The notes under the pieces: generated by a model
Database searches by the model: none
What the model saw: only the letters and a program-made list of their open reading frames with translations
What the model was told of the DNA's origin: nothing
Shown: piece after piece, positions 13,143 through 24,236 of the stretch
Position numbering within the stretch: position 1 is the first letter of the stretch
Layout of the letters: every line of letters starts with the position of its first letter
DNA from: Azolla caroliniana
Taxonomy: Eukaryota; Plantae; Polypodiophyta
Direction: 5' to 3'
Assembly (NCBI GenBank): GCA_043228905.1
Contig: JBHGNT010000013.1
Coordinates: forward strand, 14,446,001-14,510,000
DNA length: 64,000 nucleotides
Translations under genes and position numbers: made by a program

Positions 13143-14980
13143 GAAATCAATTATCCGGTCTACGACAAGGAGCTTGCAGCAAACATATATGCCTTCACCG
13201 AGTGGCGACCCTATTTGGCTGGGGCCCAACATTGCATCTAGGTGCTAAATGACCAAAAAAATCTAATTTACTTCACCACCAGTCGTACATTGAATCGGAG
13301 GCAAGCCCGATGGTCATCTTTTCTCGCCGACTATGACTTTGAGATCTTGTTTCGACCTGGAGTTCAACATGGGAAAGTTGATGTCCTCTCTCGACATCCT
13401 GATTTTGCATTGTGCCCAGGAGATGACGCATATTCACAATAATCCCATTGTATGTTGCGGCCCGATCAACTTCAGATGTTCGCCACCTGCATGTGGCATG
13501 ATGATTCTTTGCTCAACGAGATTGCCACAACAACCACGTCAGACCCATTCGCCAAAGAAATCATGGCCCGCATCAATGACCCATCTCTGGGCATGAAAAG
13601 CTCATATCTCAACCAATTTACAACCTGGGATGGGTTACTATATCGTAATCATCTCTTGCACGTTCCCGAAGGATCATGTCAGACACGAGTTCTACAAAAT
13701 TGTCATGATGATCCTCTTGCCGGCCACTTTGGGGTCACGAAAACCCTGTAATTGCTATCTCGAGGGTTTTGGTGGCCCCAACCTTGGAAATTTATCAAGG
13801 AATTTATCAAGACATGTGATGTATGTGCTCAATCCAAAATGCCTCACCATCGGCCATATGGTCTTCTCCACCCGCTCCCCATTCCAAGTCGACCATGGGT
13901 CTCTCTATCCATGGACTTTATCACCGACCCCCCCTCTGGTTTGTGGCCATGACACGGTGCTAGTCATTGTCGATCGGTTTTCGAAGATGGCTCACTTTGT
14001 CCCATGTTCCAAAACCATTTCCAAGGAAGAGACAACTAACCTTTTTCTTAAAAATGTTGTCCGATTACATGGCTTACCCGAGGATATCACCTCTGATCGA
14101 GGTTCTTAGTTCATTTCCCACTTTTGGCGACGACTTCTACAAACATTCGGGACTTCTGTAAACTTGTCCACAGCATACCATCCTCAAACTGATGGACAAA
14201 TGAAATGAGTCAACCAAATCCTCGAACAATACCTTCGGTGTACTGTGAGCTACCAACAAGAGGATTGGGTGGGCTTCCTTGCAATGGCGGAATTTGCCTA
14301 CAATAATAGTATCCATGCTTCAACTAAGGTTTCCCCCGTCTTTGCAAACTATGGATTTCACCCTCATTTCAGCATTTCCATACCTGCAACTTTGGTCAAT
14401 CCATCGGCAGAGATGCGTGCCCGCGCTTTACATGATGTCCATCGTGGTCTCTCCTTGGAGCTCCGTGTCGCTAGCGACCAATATAAAGATCAAGAGGACC
14501 GACATCGCTTGGCTGCACCGACGTTTCCAGTCGGGGACATGGTTTGGTTGTTACGTCGCCAGATCGCCACCACACGTCCTTGTGCAAAATTGGACTACAA
14601 AAGACTAGGCCCTTTTCGTATCACCAAGCGGATCAACCCAGCCACCTTCCGGTTAGCACTTCCTCCAACATTCAGGATTCACAATGTTTTTCACGTTAAC
14701 TCTACCATCCTTCTCGAATTCTGGGACGACAACCTCCTCCACTACCACCTATGGAATTGTCAACGGGCAAAGAATATGAGGTTGACCAAATCCTCGACTC
14801 TTGATATCGTCGTCGACAACTCCAATATATGGTCTTATGGAAAGGTTACCCCATTTCGGACGCCACATGGGAACCAATTACACATTTACAAAATGCTCTG
14901 GGGGCCATTTGCGATTTTCATCAACGATGCCCACATAAGCCAGCCGCGAGTTCTGGGAGGTGGCCTTAAAGGGAGGATAA
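13143..14980 (+). pseudogene. Ty3/gypsy chromovirus pol fragment: RNase H, integrase and chromodomain
   Basis: EINYPVYDKE...TLNRRQARW (RNase H); [11 protein letters not shown] and PWVSLSMDF (integrase); KRLGPF; chromodomain [34 protein letters not shown] (~14772-14877); PPT AAAGGGAGGATAA 14968-14980. Confidence 0.92.
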
Positions 14981-15237
14981 TGTCATAGACACGATGGAAT
15001 GTAGGGGGTTGAACCCATGACCTCCTAGTCTTATTGGGCAACCTTACCAATTGAGCTACATCCATCATGCACTCTCTAGAAGTTTCTTGAAAGTTCTAGT
15101 GATTAACATAGAATGTAATAAGTTGAAACTTATAAAATATAATAATGTATAGATGGATGTAGCTCAATTGGTAAGGTTGCCCAATAAGACTAGGAGGTCA
15201 TGGGTTCAACCCCCTACATTCCATCGTGTTTATGACA
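14981..15237. repeat. 86-bp inverted repeat (14981-15066 / 15152-15237) of the chromovirus U3 start with an 85-bp spacer
   Basis: The arms are reverse complements with a single mismatch (TGTCATAGAC vs TGTCATAAAC). Confidence 0.95.
15153..15225 (+). promoter_or_regulatory. tRNA-like Pol III-type cassette in LTR B (mirror copy on - strand at ~14993-15065)
   Basis: ATGGATG-TAGCTCAATTGGTAAGG (A box)...GGAGGTCATGGGTTCAACCCC (B box)-CTACATTCCAT; the ends can pair like an acceptor stem; anticodon arm not canonical. Confidence 0.75.
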
Positions 15238-15439
15238 GTTCAACACCAGTCTCAAGCCCTCTAGCGTACATTATCAATCATTCTCTAGTTGTAACATTCT
15301 CTCTTTATAATAATAATATCTCCATTTTGCTTCTTCTACATATCCCTATCCTTTTCTCTTGTCCGTGTGCTGACAGATATTGTAAATATTGTCATATAAT
15401 TTGTACCGAGCGGATGTTGTAAATGTGGTATTATATTTT

Positions 15440-18400
15440 TGAAAAGAATTGCGTGCGGAAGCAATATAGAAAACTGAACAACAGAAAACACAGGATTAAT
15501 GGAGAGCTTAGGTTTGCACAGTACGCACGGGAGAGACAGAGAGAGAGTAAACACAGAACTTAATTCAAAAATAATATTCAATCTGTACATAGGATGTGCT
15601 CAGTGAGCACTTTTATACAAGCCCTAACAATCAGGCTGACACAAGTACTGATAGTACTTGACTGCTCATAAATGAGCCTCAACTCTTACTCCCAAAACTA
15701 TTCCTTACGAGGAATATCTTTCTAACGCCCTTTCGGTTTACGCACCGATACGGCCTTCCTACGCACCGGTTTGTGTACCGGTTTACGCATCCGTTTTACA
15801 CACCGGTTCGGCCTAACCGATCGGTCCCAACCGATCCGGTCCTCGGCTTGCTCAGCTAATTCGACCGATGTTGAGCTTGTCTCTCAACACTCCCCCTCAA
15901 GCTCAACTAGAGGCTCTTCGGGATCTTCCGGATCACCGCTCCGGTTCCTCTTGGCTCCACGCCTTGCTCGCGCTCCTCGGCCTGTTCGACTCCGTGCGCT
16001 TCGACCCTTCCGGTCGGTACGACCCTTCACAGCTCTCTTGTTGTCGCGGTGTTGGTGCTTCTCCTACTGCCTTCTTTTCCGCTTGGCCCTCAGTTGATTC
16101 AGTGTATCTGAATCAAACATTCGAACCGACTCGGCTACCTCCGATCGGTTTTCACTCTCGTCCAAGTTGGCTGTCTCCAACTCGTCTTCGGTCTTCTCGC
16201 CCTTGACGGCATCATCTCCCCCATGCTTGGTTTGCTCCGGCTCTTTCTTCCGGTTGCTCCCCTTATGTCCGCTTTCGGACTCTTCCGCGGATCCGCCCTC
16301 GGCTTCTTCAGTCGATCCGAAATCGAATTCGTCATCCGACTCGGCGCTATGGTCTTTTCCGCTCCTTTCCTACTCCCTTCCGTGGTCATCTGGGACGTCT
16401 CTCCCCCTCAAGTTCGGCACGTCGAGGTGACGCAACCCAAGCGCACCCGAGAATTGCCGCAACTTGTCCAGACCAAGAGGCTTGGTGAAGATGTCGGCGG
16501 TCTGCCGATCCGACGGAACATACTGAAGTTCAACTTCACCAGAGAGAACACGCTCACGGACAAAATGGTAGTGCACCTCAATGTGCTTGGTCCGTGCGTG
16601 GAAAACGGGGTTCTTCACGAGCTGGATGATGCTGAGGTTGTCGCCATAGATCATCGTCGGATCAGACACCTCCACCTGCAAATCCTTAAGTAGCCGCTTC
16701 AACCATATGGCTTCGCATGTTGCGATAGCCGCTCCTCTATACTCGGCTTCGGTGCTCGACAACGCAACTGTCGGCTGCTTCTTCCTAATCCACGCGATTG
16801 TGGCACTCCCAAGGGAGAACGCATATCCGGACGTGGATCGGCGATCGGCGGCGTTACCAGCCCAACCAGCGTCGGTGTAGCCGACCAACTGCAAGGTTGT
16901 ACCGGTTCGATATAGCAGTCCCTGGTCCGTAGTGTCACTTACGTACCGCAGTACGCGTTGCGCACACTGAAGGTGCTCCTCGGTAGGTCGCGCCATAAAC
17001 TAACTAATCACCCCGACCGGATAACTGAGATCAGGTCAGGTGATTGTCAAGTAAATAAGGCTTCCGACAATTTGTCGGAACCTCGTCGGGTCGCACACCT
17101 TTCTGGAATTGGGGCGAAGCTTAACAGTTCTAGCAAGAGGAGTTGAAACAAACTTACAGTCTGTCATCCCGAATTTGAAGAGCATATTCAGCGTCTAATG
17201 ACGTTGGCTGATTAGTATGCCTTCGGGGGTGCAGATCACTTCAATCCCGAGGAAGTAATGAAGATCCCCCAAATCCTTCATGTCGAATGATGCCGCAAGC
17301 TGGAGCTTCACGCGGTTGATTTCACCTAGGTCGGCGCCGGTGATGACCAAGTCATCAACATAGAGTAAAATACCGACCGGCCCGAGTCGACCTTTCCGAA
17401 CGAACAATGAGGAATTTGATTTTGACGTCGCAAAGCCCATCCGACGCAGTCGATGCGTGATCTTCGCGTTCTAGGCACGCGGGGCTTGCTTCAGTCCGTA
17501 AAGGGACTTCTTCAATCGGCACACTGCCGACGTGTTCGTTCTGGAGTGAAATTCGGGGGGTTGTACCATGTACACTTGTTCCTCAAGCTCACCTTGCAAG
17601 AACGCATTCTTTACATCCATCTGATGTAAGTGCCACCCCTTGGTTGCGGCTACCGCGAGCAAAACACGGACGATCGTCATCTTCGCGACCGGCACAAACG
17701 TCTCATCGTAGTAGATGTCATGTTTCTGCACGTAGCCTTTCGCTACTAATCGGGCCTTGTATCGGTTGACTAAGCCGTTGGTGTTGTACTTGACCTTGTA
17801 CACTCACCTACATCCGATCGGCTTCACACCCTTCGGTGCGTCAACAAGGTCCCAGGTCTCGTTTTCCGCCAATGCGTGCATCTCTTCCTCCATCGCGGCG
17901 CGCCAATTCGCATCTTGAGCTACTTCTGCGTAGCTCTCCGGCTCACGCACTTCCGCTACACGGGTCATGTACGCATAGTGATGCGCCATGTACTCGTTGT
18001 ATCCGAACCGCACAATTGGGTTCTTCTGGCGGGTAGATCGGCGTAATTGGCCATTAGCCGATATCGAGGTCTTCTCGGCCGACGCAAACTTCGCTCCATC
18101 ACGGCTTCCCTCAGAGTCGGACTCGCGTCGACCCGACTCGTTCCTATCCATGCCGTAATCCGACACCTTCTTCTTCCCTTTTTCTTTGCGCGTAAGCCGT
18201 CTCCACTACTCGCCAGCTCTTCATCGGACTGGTCGTACCGACTCAGTCGTCCATTCGGTCCACTTAACTGAAATGAAATCGGACTCTCTTCGTGGGTCCC
18301 AATTTCAGGCTCATCCGGAGGCATCTCGGCCTTGCTGGCCTCATCATCAGAACTCGGATTGGAGGTGAGGTCTGGAGTCGGAGACAAGTACCAGGATGCG

Positions 18401-21166
18401 GACTCATCAAACACAACGTCGCGGTTCACGCGCGCTTGTTTGGTACGCGGGTTATAGCACTTATAACCCTTCTGCTCGTCCGAATAGCCGACCAAGATAC
18501 ACTTCTCGGCTTTTGCGACCAACTTCCTCCTTTTCTCCTTCGGCACATGCACATACGCAATGCTACCGAAAACTCGTAAGTGTCGCAAGTTCGGCTTCGT
18601 TCCGAAATATAGCTCGTACGTCGACACTTTGTCTCCGATCCGGTTCTGGATGTATATCGCAGTCCTTACCGCCTCGGCCCAGTAGAACTTGGGCAAGCTC
18701 TTCTCTTCCAGCATTGCCCGTGCCGCTTCCACAACCGACCGATTTTTCCTCTCGGCCACGCTGTTTTGTTTCGGCGTGTATCTACAACTGAATTCGTACC
18801 GAATTCCCATCTGTTGTAGATAACCGTTGAATTGACCAGAAAAGTATTCTTTTCCGCCATCCGACCGCAGGCACTTAATCTTTCTTCTTGTTTTCGTTTC
18901 CACGAACCCTTTGAGGTCCCGGAAACATCCGAAGACTTCGCTCTTCCTCTCGATAAGGTAGATCCATGTGTGCCGCGTATAGTCGTCGATGAAGGAGACG
19001 AAATATCGGCTCCCGCCAAGACTAACGTTTTGTGTCGGCCCCCACACATCGGAGTGTATCAAGTCAAGCTTGTTCCGTCTCCGGTTACGCTCGTTGGGGA
19101 AGGGAAGTCGGTGTTGCTTCCCAAGCTGGCAGGCTTCACAAATTTGTGCCTTCCGGCCACTAAATTTGGGCAATCTGAACACCACTTGTTTCGATTGCAG
19201 GTCTTGAAGCCGCTGGTAGTTGACGTGGCCTATCTGCTTGTGCCATAAGTCGATGTCCGACTCGACTTTTTGTCCCTTCGCGAACATTGCGGTGCCACCG
19301 TCAGTAGAATCGAGGATGAACATCCTCCCATCTCTGCGCCCTTGTGCAATAACACGGCCTTCTTCCTCAATGAAGCACCCGAGGTGTGTAAACCGAACCT
19401 GCATCCCTCGGTCAACGATCTGCCCGACCGACACCAGATTCTTCGTGATGGTCGAGACGTGTAAGACGTTCATAAGTTTCCCTTTCTGCCCGCATGGCTC
19501 AAGGGAACTTCACCGACATTCGCAATCGGATGCGGAGTGTCGTCTCCGGTTGCGACTACTCCTGGTTGTGTCGGTTTCTCAAGATATGAGAACCACTCCT
19601 CATGGCACGTCATGTGGTTTGACGCGCCGGAGTCGACGTACCGCACCTTGTCCGATTTCAGGGTGGACTGCTTCATTGAGTTTGCTTCGTGTCTCGTCAC
19701 GAAGACTGACCCTTTTCCGACTTCTCTGGATCCTTCAGCATAGTGCGATCGCTGCCAGTTTCCTTTGTCGATATGTTCGGAACCGGTCCTCTCCGACTCG
19801 GCGCGCTTTTTCCAGCACTCGCTTTCCCTGTGGCCTTTCTTGCCACAATACCAGCATTCCGCGGCGGATTTCCCTTGCCGATTCTCGTCGCCTCGACTCC
19901 CCCTGTTTACGGAGGGTCCAGAATTGCTGTCGACATCACTTCAGTGCCTTCTTCCTTGATCCCGCCGGCCGCCTCCATTGCGTACCGACTCACCTCATCC
20001 GCCACGACCACGGGGCCTATCTCCCTCCGTGTACAACATCTTGTTGTCGGTGTGCGTGCTCGTTGACGCACCCGCGTGGTTCTCCTCTACCAAGAGCATC
20101 AATTGTAAGTCGAAAAAGGACGGCGTATTCTCCCGGGTACACACAACAGTTCGGAACGCCCCGAACTTCGACGCCAAACCCCTGAGACAGACCTAGACCA
20201 TCTCGCTTTCCTCAATGTTCACATCGATGGAAGCTAAGTAGTCATATATGTCCTTAATCCTCGAGGTATAGTCAGCCACCGACAAATCGCGTTGCCGTAG
20301 GTTGCTCAACTCCTGTCGGAGCTGAAGCTTCTTAGCTATGGTGCTCGCAGCAAAAATCTTCTTCAGATTTTCCCACGCACCCTTTGGCGTTTTTGCATCC
20401 CGAACGTAGCTTAATAGTTGTTCGCCCACACAATACGTGAAACATTACATCACTCTGCTCGCCGGGTGTTCCCACGCCGGGAAGTCTTTGTCTGTCGAAT
20501 CGGGTGCTGTGTCATTTGCTCCATCGACATAGCTCTAGTAACCGTGTCCGAGCAGGTACTGGTGCATCTTGTAAGACCAAGACGCGTAGTTGTTTCTGTC
20601 GAACTTCTCCATCGGAAGCGAGCTAGCCATTCCTCTATCCATCGGTTTTCTTGTTCTTCTTCGTTGGTTTTCCCTTCAAGCAAAGTCGACTACAGAGGTT
20701 CTCAACCCTTGCGCTCTGATACCATGAAAAGAATTGCGTGCGGAAACAATATAGAAAATTGAACAACAGAAAACGCAGGTTTAATGGAGAGCTTAGGTTT
20801 GCACAGTACACACAGGAGAGACAGAGAGAGAGAGAGTAAACACATAACTCAATTCAAAAATAATACTCAATCTGTACATAGGATGTGCTCAATGAGCACT
20901 TTTATACAAGTCATGACAATCGGGCTGACACAAGTACTGACAGTACTTGACTGTTCATAAATGAGCCTCGACTCTTACTCCCAAAACTATTCCTTATGAG
21001 GAATATCTTTCTAATGCCCTTTCGGTTTACGCACCGATACGGCCTTCCTACGCACCGGTGTATGCATCCGTTTTACGCGCCGGTCCAGCCTAACTGATTG
21101 GTCCCAACCGATCCGGTCCTCGCCTTGCTCAGTCGATTCAGCCGATGTTGAGCTTGTCTCTCAACA
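15440..21166 (-). mobile_element. Full-length Ty1/copia LTR retrotransposon (Copia-2), related to Copia-1
   Basis: LTRs 20725-21166 (5') and 15440-15889 (3'); TSD ATTTT (15435-15439, 21167-21171); PBS (GCTCTGATACCA on +) 20713-20724; PPT (CTCCCCCTC on +) 15890-15898. Confidence 0.97.
16370..20643 (-). pseudogene. Copia-2 gag-pol, decayed
   Basis: ORFs 20193..20429 (gag), 19470..19700 (protease), 17965..19473 (integrase), 17471..17803 and 17195..17440 (RT, YVDD) and 16370..16996 (RNase H). Confidence 0.95.
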
Positions 21167-21454
21167 ATTTTGTTATAGTCGGATGTTATAATTATGGTCC
21201 ACTCTTTGTATAGCGAGTTGTGACTCATTGAATATCTAAAATACTTATTAATGGAAAAGTTGTTTATCTCAAGTGTCTATCTGTTATAAGTTGATTTGTC
21301 GTTTCAGACTCATATTGGGATTTTTTTATTGTTTCATTGATCTGTTGTTTCATTGTTTTTTATTCAAAGATATGTTGTTTTCTCCCTCATACTGTGATTT
21401 ATGTCTGTTGTTCTCAAAGATATGTTATTTCGTTTGTGTCTACTGTTTTTTACG

Positions 21455-21860
21455 TTGGTCGCCTAACCTTTAGTAATCAGGTCGCCCAACCTGTTAATTA
21501 GGCCACCTTACCTATTAATCAAGTCATCCAACCTATATTAATCAGGTCACCCAACCCTCTTAAAAAACATCTCTTCTTATAAACTAGGTCGCCCAACCTA
21601 TTAATCAGACCACCGAACCTATATTAATCAAGTCGCCAACCCTCTTATCTAACATCTCCTCTCATAAACCAAGTCACCCAACCTATTAATTAGGCCACCC
21701 CACCTATATTAATCAGGTCACCCAACCCTATTAAAAAACATCTCTAATCATAAACTAGGTTGCCCAACCTCTTTAAAAATAGCTCGATATCGTAAACCAG
21801 GTCGCCCAACCTGTTTTAATATGGTCACCCAACCTATTAATGTGGTCGCCCAACCTGATT
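21455..21860 (+). repeat. Degenerate tandem array of a (C)AGGTCGCCCAACCT(ATTAAT) motif
   Basis: About 15 imperfect copies with a higher-order period; inverted copies GGTTGGGCAACCT at ~24709-24745. Confidence 0.8.
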
Positions 21861-22399
21861 AAAAAAATGGCCTGAAAAACAATCATATTAACATACAAAT
21901 TAACCACAGTTTAAGTCACTTTAATCAATCCCTAAACCCTCGTTTTAAGGAAAGCTTATTCATCCTCCAGTTAATTACAGAGGCACACTTGATTCATACT
22001 TCATAGAGACACATCTTATTCATACTCTAGTTAACTACATCTCTGTCTTAAAATTTCAATTAATCACATTCTATTATCGCATTAATCACTAAAAGATTTA
22101 GAAGTGATCGAGATGAATCTAAATGGCCATGATTTGATAACCTCACTTTATGATTATGAGGATGGTTATGCAACTATTGATGAAGAGTTGAATTCGTCTT
22201 CATCTGACGAAGTGTTGGCATTGCCGACATCCAACGAAGACTGTGTGTAGTCTTCATCTGAACCAGACGAGGAGGTTGATCCCTTCATGTATTGTTCAAC
22301 CAGGTATTTTGTGTTCACAAGAGGTACGTACGATTTAATGCTTAAAGATTTATCGGGTCAAGTTAAGGTAATGTTTGAAACATTAAGCGCAATCGCAAT

Positions 22400-24236
22400 G
22401 GATGCACCTCTCAATCTACATGCATGGTTGCAAAGATGACCTTTTTTATGTTCGATGTGCACAACATGTGGCATGGATGAGCATGTGTAAGGAAGGGTAT
22501 CATAAGTCCAAGGCTAGTCCATTAGATCTTGTGAGTTATATATTCTTTATGATACCAAAGGAGGTCCATAACATGGACAACAAGTTAAAAATTGGGAGTG
22601 ACATGTCAGAGGTTGATTGGTGTTTGATGATGTAAGATGCCTATGCACTCCAAGATTTTGGGAAGGTGGCTCATGTCCAACCTTACGTGCCCGATGAGTA
22701 TGGAGTTCTTGCAAGGCAACCGTTCATCTTGGTGCTTCAAGATGAATGGATATTAAAGATATGTGAGCGATTGTCAATAAACAACTCTTGGGCAATCGAC
22801 CCCACGTTTTAAACAAACCAACTTGGGTTGCCATTATATGCAATTGTGCCCAAACACCATGGGATTTGGTATCCCATTATGGTACATGATATGGAGTTCT
22901 AATAAGGGGTCAAACCATAAGCGAGTAGCTTTAAAAACTTGCTTGAGATTCATATTCGCACGGATGCCCAATATGAAGTCAAATGCGGTAGTCATCGAAA
23001 AAAGTTGGTCATTATATAATGCCATAAGTAATGTGGTTGCAACAGTCCGATTATCTTGGATTGTTGCAAATGGACAATGGTCACAAACACATTGTCGAAT
23101 TTTGTTGTGTCGGTTCCACACCAAATAAACATGGGTGGACAACTTGTTGCCAAAGGTAAGTGCAACTGAGACAACCCATCTTTATAATCGGATGTGCCAA
23201 CTCATGCAATGCATTACGGAATCCACATTCAGTGCCTGATGTGAGGAGTTAAAGGTAGAATAAGCAAACAAGCCAGGTGTTTGGCAATATATAGAAGGAG
23301 GATGGTGTGGCTTGACATGTGTGTGGAGGAAACTGTGGCCCAAGTTTGGTAGAATGTTCAACTATGGACATGTTGACACTACCAATATTGTGGAGAGACA
23401 TTGGCAGTTTATCAAATATATTGCCTTGAGAGGGAGAATAAACCAATCAATTACCGATCTTGTGCATGTTTTAATCGAGGACAGTGAAACTGGCACTTGT
23501 GTCGGAGGCACCGTTATTGAATGGTAGAAACAACGACAAGAAATATGTGAGAGTGGTATATTTGCACCCCGTGCAATTTGTAGGGATCAAACAACAAGAC
23601 TTAAAGAGGTCGAGAGGATACTATAGAGGTATGAAATTAATGATGCGACGGTGCATATTGTGGACGAGCCCCGATATTGGTTAAAAATATTGAGCTTGAC
23701 AAAACCCATTGTGTGGTATAATTTATCGCTCCAATGCTCATATTGTGATTGCCAAGACCCTACGAGTAAATGTAAGCATATAACTCAACATCTGGATGAT
23801 ATTTGAGAGGCACATGCCACATTTATGTGGGTCGCTGTCTTTTATAGATCACGCGGCCCATATGTGCAATGACCATTTCGTAGAAACTGAAGTGGAGACA
23901 AAGGTAGAACCAGTCAAGGAGACAAACCAATGTGCATCAAATATAAAGGAATGGGAGTTGGAATTACAAATGACCGAGGTAACTATTCAATGTCTTAGGC
24001 AAGGGTTACAATCCCTTGATCGTGCACAAGTTTTGGCATGTATGGCATCCTATAAAGAAATGAGACAGATCGTGGGGTATCACGTTGGTGCACTGGAACC
24101 AACCAATGAAAAAGACAGTGGATCCATAAGGCGGAAGCAAGCAATTGGTGCGAACAAAGGAGCATCAATCAACATTTTACAATATCTTATTGGTAGCTCC
24201 CCAAACGCTTCCAAGGCACACATCGGAAAAATGTAA
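22400..24236 (+). pseudogene. MULE (Mutator-like) transposase with SWIM zinc finger, heavily decayed
   Basis: IDPTF*TNQLGLPLY (~22795), CRILLCRFH, TTNIVERHWQFIKY (ORF 23312..23527) and YCDCQDPTSKCKH (SWIM CxC..CxH, ~23741-23779). Confidence 0.75.

Larger units (their letters stand above)
8013..15237 (-). mobile_element. Solo LTR B (chromovirus family), split into 8013-8227, 13102-13142 and 15070-15237
   Basis: TGTCAC at 8013 and ATGACA ending 15237; TSD GTTCA at 8008-8012 and 15238-15242; the rejoined sequence across 8227/13102 matches the related LTR at 45365-45400. Confidence 0.8.
1181..15375 (+). mobile_element. Solo LTR A (gypsy-like), split into 1181-1286, 7826-8012 and 15243-15375 by nested insertions
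   Basis: Starts TGTCATG at 1181, ends GCTGACA at 15375; 5-bp TSD GATAT at 1176-1180 and 15376-15380; TCTAGAA-type U3 repeats (7855-7905) and CTATAAAT TATA box (~7969). Confidence 0.8.

Noticed and set aside
15153-15225. Genuine tRNA gene
   Set aside because: A and B boxes are good, but D-stem, anticodon arm and T-stem pairing is incomplete and the sequence is an integral part of an LTR; the same applies to 2856-2927, 10584-10652 and 1195-1262.
14981-15237. MITE with long TIRs or a miRNA precursor
   Set aside because: No TSD flanks 14981-15237; the left arm directly follows a PPT, and the right arm's flank GTTCA pairs with 8008-8012, so both arms are LTR starts.
21455-21860. CRISPR-like array
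   Set aside because: Eukaryotic context; repeats are degenerate and the spacers are themselves repetitive and irregular; no cas genes.
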